Source: the human T2T-CHM13v2.0 reference genome, Homo sapiens
Direction: 5' to 3' (one strand)
NCBI RefSeq assembly: GCF_009914755.1
Contig: NC_060932.1
DNA length: 64,000 bases
The notes under the pieces were generated by a model that made no database searches, was not told the origin of the DNA, and worked only from the letters and a program-made list of their open reading frames with translations. The position numbers were made by a program, and so were the translations under genes. Numbering within the stretch: position 1 is the first letter of the stretch; each line of letters begins with the position of its first letter. Below, piece by piece: positions 1 to 12,638 of the stretch.

Positions 1-677
1 GCTGAAAATGACTAAATCTAACTTCTTTGGTAAAAAATACAAATAACTTCAGCAAAACTATATACGACTCAAATATATTTTTCAATGTTTATAATTTTCA
101 GTTCCTTTTCTCTCTGTATTGAAGATAACCATCAATTAGTATGATTAATGGAATTATTCCTGTAGAAATTCGAGTTGGGACTTCTCATGCCCTAGATTGT
201 TCTAGACTAGTTGTTAATCTTCATTGTGTCCCACAATTTTTTATGGCAGTCTTCAATGGAAAGTTGTTTCTTTGTTTTAGGGTTCATATTTTTACTTACA
301 GAAAATAACCTCTGAATGCTCAGTTTGTCTTAACAGTGACCTGATTAAAAGTTTACTTCCCTGAAATTCATTCATCAAAATGGTGGCAACCAGCTTTATT
401 ACTTAATCTGGCGACAACTTTTGTTAGTTGATTTAGGCATGCACACCCATTCTTCTGTTCCACAGCATATTGCCCTGCTGATAGTATCTCTACTAACCAT
501 TCTTACTTAGTAGTAATAATAGGAAGCTGTTGGAGTATATCTCTAGTTTCCAGAGGAGGCTGGCGTATGAGTCCCTGAACTGAGAGAGGAAGGTACACAC
601 TCAATGTAGGTGGGCTCCATCCAATCAGATGGGGACCCAAATAGAACAAAAAGGCAAAGGAAAAGTGAATTAGTGTG

Positions 678-708
678 CTCTCTCTCTCGCTGTCTCTCTG
701 TCTCTCTG

Positions 709-757
<49 letters not shown>

Positions 758-765
758 TTCTGTCT
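678..765. repeat. (CT)n/(CTCTGT)n microsatellite within MLT2B
   Basis: Direct reading; source of the ER/SL low-complexity ORFs at 503-942. Confidence 0.95.
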
Positions 766-1048
766 CCTGCTGGAGCAGAGACATCCTGTTTTTCCAGCCC
801 TTGGAAATCAGAACTTCAGCTTCTCTTGCCTTGGGGTTCTGGAACTTACCCCAGTGTCCCCAACCCCCAACTGGGTTCTCAGGCTTTCAGCCTTGAACTA
901 AGAGTTATACAATTGGCTTTTGGCCTTTTAGACTTGGACTGAGGCAGTCACCAGCCTCCCAAATTCTCTAGTTTATAGATGGCCTGTCATGGAGCTCCTC
1001 AGCCTCCATAATTGTATGAGCCAATTCCCCTACTAAATTCTCTCTCTC

Positions 1049-1362
1049 AGCCGGGCGCAGTGGTTCATGCCTGTAATCCCAGCACTTTGAGAGGCTGAGG
1101 TGGGCGGATCACTTCAGGTCGGGAGTTCAAGACCAGCCTGACAATATGGAGAAACCCCGTCTCCACTAAAAATATAAAACTAGCTGGGCATGGTGGCGCA
1201 TGCCTGTAATCCCAGCGACTCGGGAGGCTGAGGCAATAGAATCTCTTAAACCCAGGAGGCAGAGGTTGTGGTGAGCCAAGATTGCGCCATTTCACTCCAG
1301 CCTGGGCAACAAGAGCAAAACTCTGTCTCAAAAAAAAAAAAAAAGAAAAAAAAAGAAAAAAA
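1049..1362 (+). mobile_element. Alu, AluSp-like
   Basis: Full dimer with A tail; gtcgggagttc, atggagaaacccc, caacaagagc; approximate TSD aaatt(a)tctctctc. Confidence 0.95.
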
Positions 1363-1398
1363 TTATCTCTCTCTCTAGATATATGTGATATATTCTGA

Positions 1399-1830
1399 TG
1401 TATGGGTGCTAACAAAAGACACAAGGTTCTTGGGCCATTGACAAAAAGGTTAGCTAAAGGAGCAATGGAAGTAGCAAGAGTATCAGTATCTTCTCTTGCC
1501 AGTTTCTCAAGCCACAATTTCTACGTGGTCACCTAGCGAGGGCAAAGTGACACATGTTAAAGGAGAAGAACCCTGATCTTAGGGTATCTCAACATTTTAT
1601 AGCAGTCAGTAAGCAAGTTATTCTTGGTTCCAGAGGGGGATTCTCTGTACCTTCTAAGGCTGTCAGCAAATCACCTCTTTGCTCCAGAAGGAAGCACTGT
1701 CTTATCTTCCAATGCTGTTCAGTATAAAAACATCCTTAGAAAGATAGTCAGGAATAACAGGTGTCAGTGCCTCTGCTCACAACATAAGCAAAAATGTGAA
1801 AGATTTGTGTAAAATATCCATTTCCCAAAA
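1399..1830 (-). mobile_element. 3' LTR of the adjacent provirus (MER76-like, tentative), end truncated
   Basis: Minus strand gagcagaggcactgac...ctttctaaggatgttt...aacagcattggaagataag...ctggagcaaag, with tataaaa; preceded by purine tract aaaaatgagaggtggata. Confidence 0.6.
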
Positions 1831-1934
1831 ATATCCACCTCTCATTTTTACATCATCTTCTATATACCATCCTAGCTTCCTACTCCATCAGGCACTCTGA
1901 TTAATATGACTGATAGGGTTTAAGATCAAATTTA

Positions 1935-2400
1935 TGTAACTTTTTCATATAACATTTAATTAAAGATATGATCAATAGGACTCCAAGCAACAGGATGAGG
2001 TCAACCTGCAGCAGTGACATTAAGTATGCCCCTAGCATTCCGTACTCAACCAGGTGAGCAAATTTCATAAGCCATCAGGGCCTGTTTTAGGAAGCCAGAT
2101 TGCTTTCTCCTGAAGTTGCTCTATTTACCTCTTCACTTTTCCTGAGGCATTAATCCAAGTACAGCAGTTTGTATTAGTAATTACACTGACTCTGCCTTGG
2201 CATGCAAGAATGCCTAGGGAAATATTATCATCCATAAAACATTCTAGGACAGTAAGTTGACACTGACTTGAATGTCTTTCATGGCCAAGGTGGTATCACC
2301 TCAACTAAAGTCAAAGACAAATTTTATACCATCATTTCTAATTGGATGACGGCCATTATAGGCATGACTTCTCTAATATATATCAAGTTAGTTATCCCCC
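1935..2400 (-). pseudogene. Degenerate retroviral env, TM subunit (gamma-type)
   Basis: Hand translation: VIQLEMMV*NLSLTL...MDDNISLGILACQGRVSVITNTNCCTWINASGKV (ISD-like plus eroded CX6CC), then hydrophobic LLQVDLILLLGVLLIISLIKC; stops and frameshifts present. Confidence 0.85.
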
Positions 2401-3249
2401 TGAAAGCTCCTGTGAGTAATCAAGTGTAGCTTCATTTTGGAGAGACCTCTGTAGTCATCTGAAGGTTCCATAATCTACTGACATTTCTTTAACACATTAA
2501 AGTCTTTTGTAACCTCACTAATGTATACATCACCATGATTTGGGAAGGAAGTCAAGTCAATGTCTGACTACTGCATAAGAAGTGCAGTATTAGGGCTGTA
2601 CATGATGTCCTTAGAAATAAAGGTACTTTTACAATTATTAGAACCCCGAGTATGACCTGTCAATAGGGGGCTCGGGTTAACAGTACCTTTATTATGACCT
2701 CCCAGTCAGCTGGTAGATGTTACAGTTCCATTTATGTTCAAATAATTATGACTAAATCTTGTTTTGGATGGGATTTCCTAGGCAGAACCAGTCTACCTTT
2801 TTTGTTGTTGTCCATGCCACCATCCAGGAAGCATTTGTTCACCCAAGGAATGAATAAGCAACTGTTATGGGATTGGGATTTGGAAAGATATCTGAAGATA
2901 CTGACAGCTGTTATTACATGGAAGATAGAAGAGGCCATACTCTTCAGTTTCTGATAGCCCTTTAGGTGAGATTAGGGAGAGTGATAATCAAATTACTATC
3001 AGAGCTGTCTGACAGATGAGAGCAGTCATCTAAATTATGGCACTTGATGCTGCAGTTTAGGGGAGCCACATCAGAGTGTTTTCCTTAATGAGAAAGTCTT
3101 CAGGGGTGTTTCTGAGAGACAAGGATCATTAATGTCCCTCCCATCATCATACCTTCTGGGGTCTAAGGTTCTTCCTCCTTAGGTACCATCATTATGTTTT
3201 TCTCCTTCTATCTGCCCCAAAAATTGTTATGTCTCATTCCAGCATCTAT

Positions 3250-4690
3250 AACTTAACGTTTTCTTCAAAATTCTCTTACTTGAACCCAGAATTTTGTTCA
3301 GAAGGGTCATGTACAAAAAGGACAAAGTTTATATAAAACTTACAGAGACACATTATGCCCACCACTTTGGCCTGCACAAATCACTATTGGGAGACTTGGT
3401 GCGCAGTGTACTCAGCCAACTGATCATTATCATGATCTAGAAGCATGTCAGTTTAAAAAGAGAATCCAGGTGGCTGAACCAGAATTACTATGAATACCCT
3501 AGGTTTGTTTTGGCTGTACTCAGTTTAGTAATCAGACTGGCCTAGAGCTGCCATTAGGGGAAAAAAATATTACCCCCAGAAATTTGACCTACAATCTCCA
3601 AAATTTTAAATAGGCCTATAAAACCCTTCACCTGCTTCTGAGGACAGTTGTATTCAATGAAAAATTAAAAGTGCCTTACTAAAGTATGTGGACCAGAAAG
3701 AGGTCAGGAAAATAGATTTAAATTTTATCTTTTATCCTCTTTTATTTTTGAATAAACTTTTTCAACACTAGATGAAGCCCACTGCCTATGGATGGTAGGA
3801 GGCATGAAAGGTCAATTAAATACTTTGACTATCAACTTATTGTTGAGTATCTTTTGCAATAAATAGCACATGACTGTCAGAATACAAATAATTGAGAAAG
3901 CCAAAAACATGACATAGATTAGTTTCAAAGGCCACAGTGTGGTTTAGGATTTGGTTTATATGACTGGAGTGGTAAATTATAACCGGAAAGTTGACAGTGG
4001 AATGGTATCATCAATAGCATTGAGAGGGTGTCAAAGATCTCAGGTGGTCAATATGCCAGGAGTGGGCAGAGACCATGAGCCATGCAATGTGGTTTCCCTC
4101 ACAGTGAGAACAAATGCTCAGCTTCTGTCAGGAGATATAAGTCTGGCATGCAGTGGTCTCTATCTCAAACACATTGAGTCTTTCATTGAAGAAGGTCTTC
4201 CCAGACTGATGGAGCATGTGTTGCCAAGTGCAAGATGATGACAAATTCAGGAAGCAATGGTGGCAATCTTAGTGATGCAGACTCAAGCAACTTAACTTTA
4301 GTTGGGCTCATCAGAGAATGAGCCATTACTGTGGGCATCTAAATGCATGATTCAAATGGTTTGATTAGTTTCCACTATTTGTTCCCATAGTTTGCAGACC
4401 AAAGAAAAGTATCTTTAATCTGCTAGTCTTTCATTTTCCAAGTGGCAGACCAAACAGTGAGGCCACTGGCAAGAGTTCAAAGGTCATTACAAATGTAATA
4501 AGGTTCTCCAACAAGGGCACTGGCCAGAGCTGTAAGAACAGTTGAGGTCCACCCACTGACTGGAACAACCGTGTTCAATTTTGGTTCGGCCTAGCTGGCA
4601 CTAAGGATGAAAGGGTATACCAAGCCAGTTTATATTCCAGTTTCAACATAGCCAAACTATCAGTGAAATAAGCCTAAGTATTCATGAAAT
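3250..4690 (-). pseudogene. Degenerate class III (ERVL-like) pol: RNase H and integrase
   Basis: Hand translation: AYFTDS, SSQWVDL, LASGLTVWSATWKMKD*QIKDTFLW, HLDAH (RNase H); SWHIDHL followed by a frameshifted FSGY (integrase); multiple stops; left boundary approximate. Confidence 0.8.
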
Positions 4691-6544
4691 CTCTGTGAAT
4701 CAAAAAATGAACTTACAAGTATGCTCGTTCAAACCCTTATGTTGTTCATGGACTACCAATGAATAACAAAACACTGTTTTGAAAGTACTAATATAAAATA
4801 TGCCTTCTCTTCAGAGTCTTATTTCAACAACTCTAAAATTCTACCATGTTTTTTCTCTGTGTTTAATCTGAAAATAATTCTACATGAATGTAAATATAAA
4901 AACTGGTTCTAAAATGTAAAATGCTACACAAACTAAATATTGATGGAAGGCACATTACTGAGGGAGGCATTTTAATGAAGTGGAAAAAAATAGACTTCAC
5001 AACTTAAAGTTCAAGTTAAATCTCTACAAGTTAGAAAATAGAGGTCTTGGGAATATTATGCAACTTAAATTTCTTACCTAAAAAAAAATTAGTTTAACAA
5101 CTATCTAACTGATTACAATGGACAAGTATACTGAATCAACATATGTAACACACCCAGAAGAGAATCTTGAAGACTGTAGTAACATATTAATTTCTTCTTC
5201 ATTCTATGTTAGTGTCATGCTAACAGAATACCTCATCCATCATCGTAAATAGAATAACATTTTTCTTCTTCCAAGTAATTCTCTGAGAAGCCCATGTAGG
5301 TTCCTGGGGTTTTACCATCTCCCCAAGAAGTATTGGTCTCTAACTGTTTCCTAGAACAACAATCAAAGCATTCAAACTCCACTATCAAAAGAAAGAAAGG
5401 GTCTTTCCTGGAGATGAACCTAGGTTCAACTATAACAGCAAATAATTACAATGCATTATGATATCTTACATTTTCACAAATCTTCATAAATCATTTCTCA
5501 TACTCAAAAAACACAGAAATCCTTGGAGAATAGAATATGGCAGAGAACGTAGATTTGAAGTGGAAGAAGTATTTTAAAGTAAGTCATATTTATTTATTTT
5601 CTGAATTTACAAATTACATTGTCTATGTGTCCACACCAAATAGGAAATAAAACATGCCCTCCTCTCAAAATAAGAGCTTGATTGAAAATGTGGTCTTCTC
5701 AAATATCTCAGAATAACACATGCCTCTTTGAGAGAGCTTTCTGTGAAGGGGTCAAGGAGAGACTCTATTGGCCAATAGGATGCAATTATAAAAAACAAGG
5801 GCATCATGTACTGAGAACTAAATTAAGTGATTAATTCAACATGTACTAACCAAAGTAGCATTTTATATCTGTTTTAGATATAATTTTGTATATGTCTATT
5901 TTGAAAATAATTTCACAGAATACTTGCTCAATTTGGCTAGATTTTGGAGTTGCATTCTTGCTTAAGTGGCCCAATGAATCAATTCAATTTGTCCGAAAAA
6001 CTGGTTTAAGCCTATTTTATATTCTCTTGAGTTGACTAGTTCATTTGTCTGGATATAAATCTCAGTTCAAAAATATTTTTGCTGAATAAGCATCACCACT
6101 TCCTGCATCTAGCCATGACGCCAATTTCAGCAGAGGTTTGAAATTAGGCAAGATAATGAAATGGACTGACAATCTGGCCCAGACTCTAATTTATAGTCTT
6201 GTTTAAAATTAAAGCTAGCTTTGTCCTTGGCCCTGAGACCAGAGAAACATGGCATGTTTAGACCTATCATTAGGCCAACCAAAATAATGTAGCAACTATA
6301 TTTGTACTTGGTATCATTTATTTTCTTTCCTTCTCTGCCTTTCTTACTGTCTCTGCCTTGACAAATCCTAGTTATGGTCTCCCTGTCCATGTGTCATATC
6401 CATGTGGGGTGCACCTCCCCATGCTGCCACTCGAACACTGCCTCTGCCCTGAGCTTGTCTTCTCCTCCCACCTCTCACAAAGATATATTTTTTCCAAAGA
6501 AAATTGCTTTAATGCATTTTTTTTAATTCCTGCTTTCCATCTAT

Positions 6545-6925
6545 CACAGTTCTCAAGAAACAGATGCTGGGATGTAGTTTGATGTGCAAGATGTGGGATT
6601 AGCCCTTGAGAAAAGAAGGGAGAGGAAGTAGGATTAGGCAGAAAAAGAAGTTGAATTGCAAATAAAGGCCTGAAGAACCCTTGGCCAAACTAGCAGGAAA
6701 CTCTGAAGCAAATCCTGTTCATCAGAGCTGTACTACATTGGACCTAAATGACTAGATCCTTATACCCCCTGTTGTTCAGTTGCCACATGATGGCTCCCCT
6801 AGGTGTTGTGAACTCTGGGACAGCTGCTCTCAGAACTGTCAGCTGGAAGCAATGTGCTGACTGCATTTCCCACAGCTGGGCAGAAATTATTCTTTGAGGG
6901 TGGGTCTAGACGGAGCATCTCTGTG
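6545..6925 (-). mobile_element. Ancient ERVL LTR (LTR33/LTR16-like)
   Basis: ggattaggcagaaaaagaagttgaattgca...ccttatacccc pattern; resembles the copy at 57460-57858. Confidence 0.55.
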
Positions 6926-7347
6926 TCATTCTGACTCATATGATCAAGTAGATCATACCACAGTCCTGAGGGTTAATAATTTAATTCAATGCTTTCTCAA
7001 ATGTATTCCTTTGAATAGATGTTAGGAGGTATTCTGAGGAAAAAATATTTTGTGCCCAAGGAATTTTATGAAACACAAAGTTAACGGGGTTCCTTTGCTG
7101 CAGGAGTTATCCTTGTTAATTTTAACATATTAGCTACTATACAGTGAGACACCAAGAGAAAAGCTACAGTGGACATTCCCCAAATATATTTATATGCAGA
7201 AGCCTTAATTTTCTCCTAAAATAAATTTAATATCTTTTAAAACACTAATAACCTACACTGCACAACTTTAGGAAATTTTCTTACGGGACACAAGTTACAA
7301 AAAATATAAAATTTGCATTTCTCAGAAGACTTCTGAAAATAGAAGTC

Positions 7348-7460
7348 TTTGTTGTTTCGAGACATGGTCTCACTCTGTTGCCCAGGCTAGAGTGCAATAG
7401 CACCTCAAGTGATCCTCCTGCCTGGGCTGGGATTGCAGGCATAAACCACTGTATCCAGCC
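7348..7460 (-). mobile_element. Short Alu monomer or internally deleted Alu (~110 bp)
   Basis: Alu 5' and 3' termini both present; TSD tgaaaatagaagtct / tgaaaacagaaagtct. Confidence 0.8.
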
Positions 7461-8049
7461 TGAAAACAGAAAGTCTTAACACAGCAAGATTATTTATGTA
7501 AATGCTGTGAATGTAAGTGCCACAAAGGCGAGTGTTAAAAGGGATCCTTAAGGATATAGTTTCTTTGAAGCCATTGAAAGAAGGCTACTGTCTGCTCTAT
7601 TTACAGAAAAATAAACTAGGATGAAATGAGATTCTTGCTCCAGGAAAACAGAGTAAAGTTAATACATCAGGAAAATCTAATCAATGTCTGTTGTGCTTTA
7701 GCCTTTTCCTTCGAAGAGAGTGGTCATTATACCAAAAAGTTTAGGACAAACACCACAAATAGAAAATTGGAATACCAGGACAGGTGAGAATATATTTACT
7801 AAATCTATTAATTATTGTTACCACAGTTGAAATTGCTGATAAATCAAAACTTTTGTCAGTAAATGTTGAAGAAGAGACAAAAGTTTCATTTTAGAAACCA
7901 TAAATTTGTAAGCAATCTGTTGAGAGAAAAATCTGTAATATCATATCAAATAGATGGTTTGTAAACATTAAAAACATTAAAATTCTGCCACTTATTAATG
8001 ATGACAAAATAACTTGATTTTATTTTTAAATTATTATTTTATTGGCAGA

Positions 8050-9552
8050 TTAATATAATATAGGCATTGCTAAAGTTTTGTTGAACACAAGCTATTCTAG
8101 GCAGTTTATGATCTTCTGGTGAATTATATGATAAAATATTGACAGTATTAATGTTATTTTATGGATTCCTCTCTGGTAAAATAGTTTCCTAAAGAATATT
8201 GATAATTTGTTGATATTTACTTAAAGGAAATACTATATTTACATGCCACTGAACTCTGCCATGATTTTGTTTTTACGAACTTTATCTTTCCTGTTTGGCA
8301 TTTCTATCAGCAACATAAATGAAAATATAGATAGCAGGCTTATCATATTCTCAAGCAACACAAAATTACAGGAAAGATCTTATGCACTGGTATTCAAAAT
8401 CCAAATTAGAAAATATTACTGTAGCTAAAATCATAGCCTCAAACTGAGATCAATTTCACAGGAACATATATTAATGTATTTATTGGTCCAATAAATCCCT
8501 GGCACAAGCATATGCTGGATATGGTCAGACACTGATAAAGTTTACAGAACAAAGATTTAGAAATTTTAGTAGGTTATAATTGTAATATGTTTTAATGCTG
8601 TAAAGATGCTGTTTAAAAGCCTCACATAATGTTAGATAGAAATAATATACTTTTTCTGTTCAATGATTAAATTCAGACATATTTTACTTTGCCTTGGAAG
8701 TCCCACATCTGTAGTATATTCAGTCTTGGACGTGATATTTTAATAAGGGGTTGGCAAACTACAAATCTTTGAGGTATAGAAACCAGGGTGTAATGGTGCT
8801 ACATCAAAAAACGTTTGAAGGAACTGTTTATTTTAGCTTGGGAAGGCCAGACTAAAACATTAATACTGGTATTGGATAGGCTGTCATAAGTAAAAGGGAA
8901 TAAACTTGTACTGTGATGCTTCAGAGTAAAAGATAAAGAAGGTGTTTGTATGCTTGTATATTAGTCTCCTAGGGCTGCCATACAAATTATCACAAGCTGG
9001 ATGGCTTAAAGCAACAGAAATTTATTCTCTTACTGTTCTGGAGGTTGGAAGTCCAAAAGTGAGGTGTGAGCAAGCCATGCTCCCTCTGAAGGCTCTGGGG
9101 AAGAATGCTTCCTTGACTCTTCCTAGTTTTTTGTAGTTGCCAGAAATCTTTGGCATTCATTGGCTTGCAGTTGCATCTCTCTGATCTCTGCCTCTGTTGC
9201 CATATGGCATTCTCCTCTGTGTCTTCACATGGCCTTCTTATAAGGGCATGAATCACTGTATTTAGGACCCATTCTAATCCAGTATGACCTCATTTTAACT
9301 AGTTACATTTGCAAGTCTTGTACACACAACTCTTGTTGTCTACAATGATAATGGAGCACCTCATGAAGCAGTGAGCTTCCAGTTATGGAGTCAATTCAAA
9401 CATAAGATGAAATTCCTAAAAGAGTCTCTAGCATGTAGGGCTGAATAACTGAACTTGACATTATGGGAGAAGTAGAACTACATTAGGTCTTTTATGAGCC
9501 TAGTGAAGTAGATTTCACCTTTCAAATATTCAGCTGAGATTCTATGATTTGT
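8050..9552 (+). mobile_element. L3/CR1 LINE 3' fragment split by MLT1
   Basis: RT-tail-like gcttatcatattctcaagcaacacaaaatt; 3' end cacctcatgaagcagtgagcttcc...gagattctatgatt (CR1 ATTCTRTG terminus). Confidence 0.65.
8955..9313 (-). mobile_element. MaLR LTR, MLT1C-like
   Basis: ttagtctcctagggctgcc...ggcttaaagcaacagaaatttattctct...gttctggagg. Confidence 0.85.
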
Positions 9553-10869
9553 AAAGATGATAAGATGGGCAAGTGAAATATACAAAGCAAGATGAAAGGA
9601 TAGTAGTAAGTAAGGTTTACAACCATTTTCTCTCCTCTTTTTTTTTCAATTTAATATTGACAGTTTCCAGATTTGCTGATGGTGGCTGTTATCTTAATTT
9701 CAAAATTATTTCACTGAGATGTTCATGAATTTTTGACCATGAAATTGCAAGCTGCTAGAATATGGCTTAGTGTCACTTAACTGCATTTTTCTGAACTCTG
9801 TATTACTATTAAGATTAGGGAAAAAAGGTTGACAGTACTTTTAATGAAGTCCACCTCAGTGCAGTCAGTATTCACTGAGGGCCCAGCAAGAGCAGTGAAC
9901 TGTCATTAACATAATTTAGTCTTTGTGGAGAAGTGATAATTCCAAAAACAAAGAAATGAAAAAATTAAATCTTCACAATGCCTTTTTATACTTTTACAAA
10001 AATGCTTTGATCTCAGACTTTCATTAAACCCTTAATCAAATGTGTTTCCGTATTTCTGACCAGAAATGCAACTTATTTCGTTAGTTGTCATTTCAAGATG
10101 CCTTCAGTCTGTGTAGTTGCTGCATACCTACACCTCTCACATTTCAATCCAGCCCTCTGAAGGGCTCGGTTAAGTTTAGATAAGCAGTGACTTCAGAAGA
10201 AAATGAAGTCATTGGCAGAAAAGTTGTTCCCAACACAGTTGAGTGTAGGTATTCCTCAAAGATATTGACTCCCTTTCATAAAGTATCAAGACTACCCACA
10301 AATATATTTGAAGAAATCAACGAAGGCTTCATAGGACTTTTACCTAATATAGTTGAATAATTCTGGGGGAAATAACTTATAGGCAGAAGGATAAGGAGAA
10401 TGGAAAGTAATTATGAATAAACTCCACCCAGCCAGGAGTATATTAATAAAATAATTAATAAAAGAAACATGTCCTAGCTAGGGAATTATTTGGGATCCAA
10501 GAAACCACCAAAGTCATCAATGCTTAAAAGCTGACTTATTTGTCTAAGAGGTCATTTGAAACCCAAACAGTTCACTTTGTTTATGGATTTTTCTGGATTA
10601 AGCATATCAATATTCTATTTTACTTTGCCATTCTGATACATCCCCTTTGTGCTACTCTGAGGAGTATTTAGCTTCCAGAGGGTGTTAAATACCGTAGCAA
10701 GGTTTTAAAATACGTTTCACAAATATTCCTTTAACTAACAGAGAACACTTGACTTAGGGGAAAAAAAGACCAAAGATGTACATAAAACATATCTTTTAAC
10801 ATCTGAAAGATGAACACATGACAAAAAGAATGTAAATATATTAATTACAGTCTAATTGAGTAAAAAGTA

Positions 10870-10980
10870 AAGGATCTCACAAATTCTGGGATCTTTGTTT
10901 TGATCACTGACTTATCCTCAGTACCTAAAGCAGTGATGGGCATATCATAAACAATAAATATTTGTTTAATAAATGAATAA
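10870..10980 (+). mobile_element. L2 3' end
   Basis: tcctcagtacctaaagcagtg...aataaatatttgtttaataaatgaat. Confidence 0.6.
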
Positions 10981-11399
10981 AGCCATAAGATGACATTTCA
11001 TTTTAACCTGAAGGTTTTTTAATAGGCATGTTCAAAGTTAGAGCTAAGCTGTCTGCTGTAGTAAGATTTAAATATTAGAATAGCTGACCATTTGACTAAC
11101 AAATATTTAAGTATTAAATGAGTAGCTCACCAAAATATTATTTAAGGTAATTTGAAGCAATTGTGGAAATCTTCAATTTTTAAATGCTATTCCTCCAGCA
11201 TTGACTTAGACACTGACAGGTGTTATTATACAGCAGAGGTAGAGAATCATGACTTCCCTGTGTGGAGAACATGTTAAGGGAAAGAAACAGATAGTTTAAG
11301 CCCTCTGAATAAGACAGCATTGAATCTAAAACTTCAGGTACAAAGAGAAAAAGACAGGGTGACAGGGGGTGGAGGGCAGGGGAGAGTTGCTGAGGCAAA

Positions 11400-11635
11400 A
11401 TGGTATAAGGGAAAGTGTGCAGTTTCTAATCCATACAGGTTTAAGTTGATTCTGATATATTCAATTTTTTTCTATAGCCTAGAGCAAGCTATATGTTTCC
11501 TAGTTTACTTATCTGTATGATGGGAATCATAATTAGTAATATCTTAGGCGGTGGTAACATGCATTAAATGAGATAATCTACATAAAGCACTTCACAGAAT
11601 CCCAGCTACAGAATGTAATCTGCAAATATTAGCAT
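11400..11635 (+). mobile_element. MIR
   Basis: Core ttatctgtatgatgggaat...attaaatgagataatctacataaagcact. Confidence 0.75.
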
Positions 11636-12601
11636 TCGATATCAGCACTGTAATATGCTTGATTTGAGTAATGGTATATGCATACTGCTTTCAGCTCTCA
11701 TGCCAAAATAGCAGAAGGTTGAGTGGTTTCCATGACCATCTTTGAAAATTCTTCTCCCTCTTGGTTTTGGGAAAGCCTTGTCTTGATGAACTGACGGAAT
11801 AAATCTCTCTTAAATATTACATATTATGATTTTAATATATTAGCCATAATTATGGGTCAATGTTTCAATAACTTGTTTTGTTGAGTTGAAATAATAATGG
11901 AATTTATAGAAAATACAGACTACACAGGATGGAACTTTTGGTCGGAGTCAAAACTTTAAATGGATAACTTCATTCTCTTCTTCCCCACTATGCCCATTTA
12001 ATGTTTTTATTTTCCTTTGTGCTACTGTGAATATTGAGAGATAAGCCTTTTCATGTGTTGCATCACCCAAGCATATAAAATTGGTTTTCCCCCAAATATT
12101 TGAGGTTCTACAAAATTCACATTAGCATTTTATAAAGTACTTTTCTTTTAATTAAACACCCAAGTATATGCTGTAGAAAATTTATTTCACATGTAAATAA
12201 CTCATTTGTACTCAACTAAATTGTCATTTGGTACAGTTTTGATATTCAAAAACTTTCTTTAATTTTATGGTGACTTTTATTTTAAATAAATTGTTTCTTT
12301 TGTTAGCCAGAAATTAATCTGAATCCTCAAGGTTCAATTTCAGATGTAAATGTCAAATCCCAATGTTTGACATCAACCTTTCAAATTTCCTCCCTCACTC
12401 TCTACCTACTTAAAACATTTATACTATATAATATCAGATTCCATACCAATCGAGATTATTGGACCCAAGTTATTAAAGAATATACTCAACAAAGGTTGCT
12501 TATGATGCTACCATATTATATTATAATAACAGCCATGGTACTCCATTTTTTTTACCTTGACCAGTCTTAAACATGTCTTGTGTATCTTATGTCTCCATCA
12601 A

Positions 12602-12638
12602 ACACACACACACACACACGGACACACATACAACACAC
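12602..12638. repeat. (CA)n microsatellite
   Basis: Direct reading. Confidence 0.9.

Larger units (their letters stand above)
546..1398 (+). mobile_element. MLT2B-type ERVL LTR, interrupted by an Alu, 3' end missing
   Basis: MLT2B-like blocks tcaatgtaggtgggctccatccaatcag, atagaacaaaaaggcaaagg and ctcagcctccataattgtatgagccaattcccc; expanded (CT)n inside. Confidence 0.8.

Noticed and set aside
503-942. ORFs with ER/SL-repeat peptides
   Set aside because: Translations of a (CT)n microsatellite within MLT2B
1065-1517. 150-aa ORF, and similar ORFs at 20180, 22615, 40680, 46775, 53013, 58019 and 62215
   Set aside because: Antisense Alu translations
5510-5590. Donor-like aa|gtaagt and nearby acceptor-like sites
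   Set aside because: No convincing paired acceptor or recognisable coding frame; expected by chance
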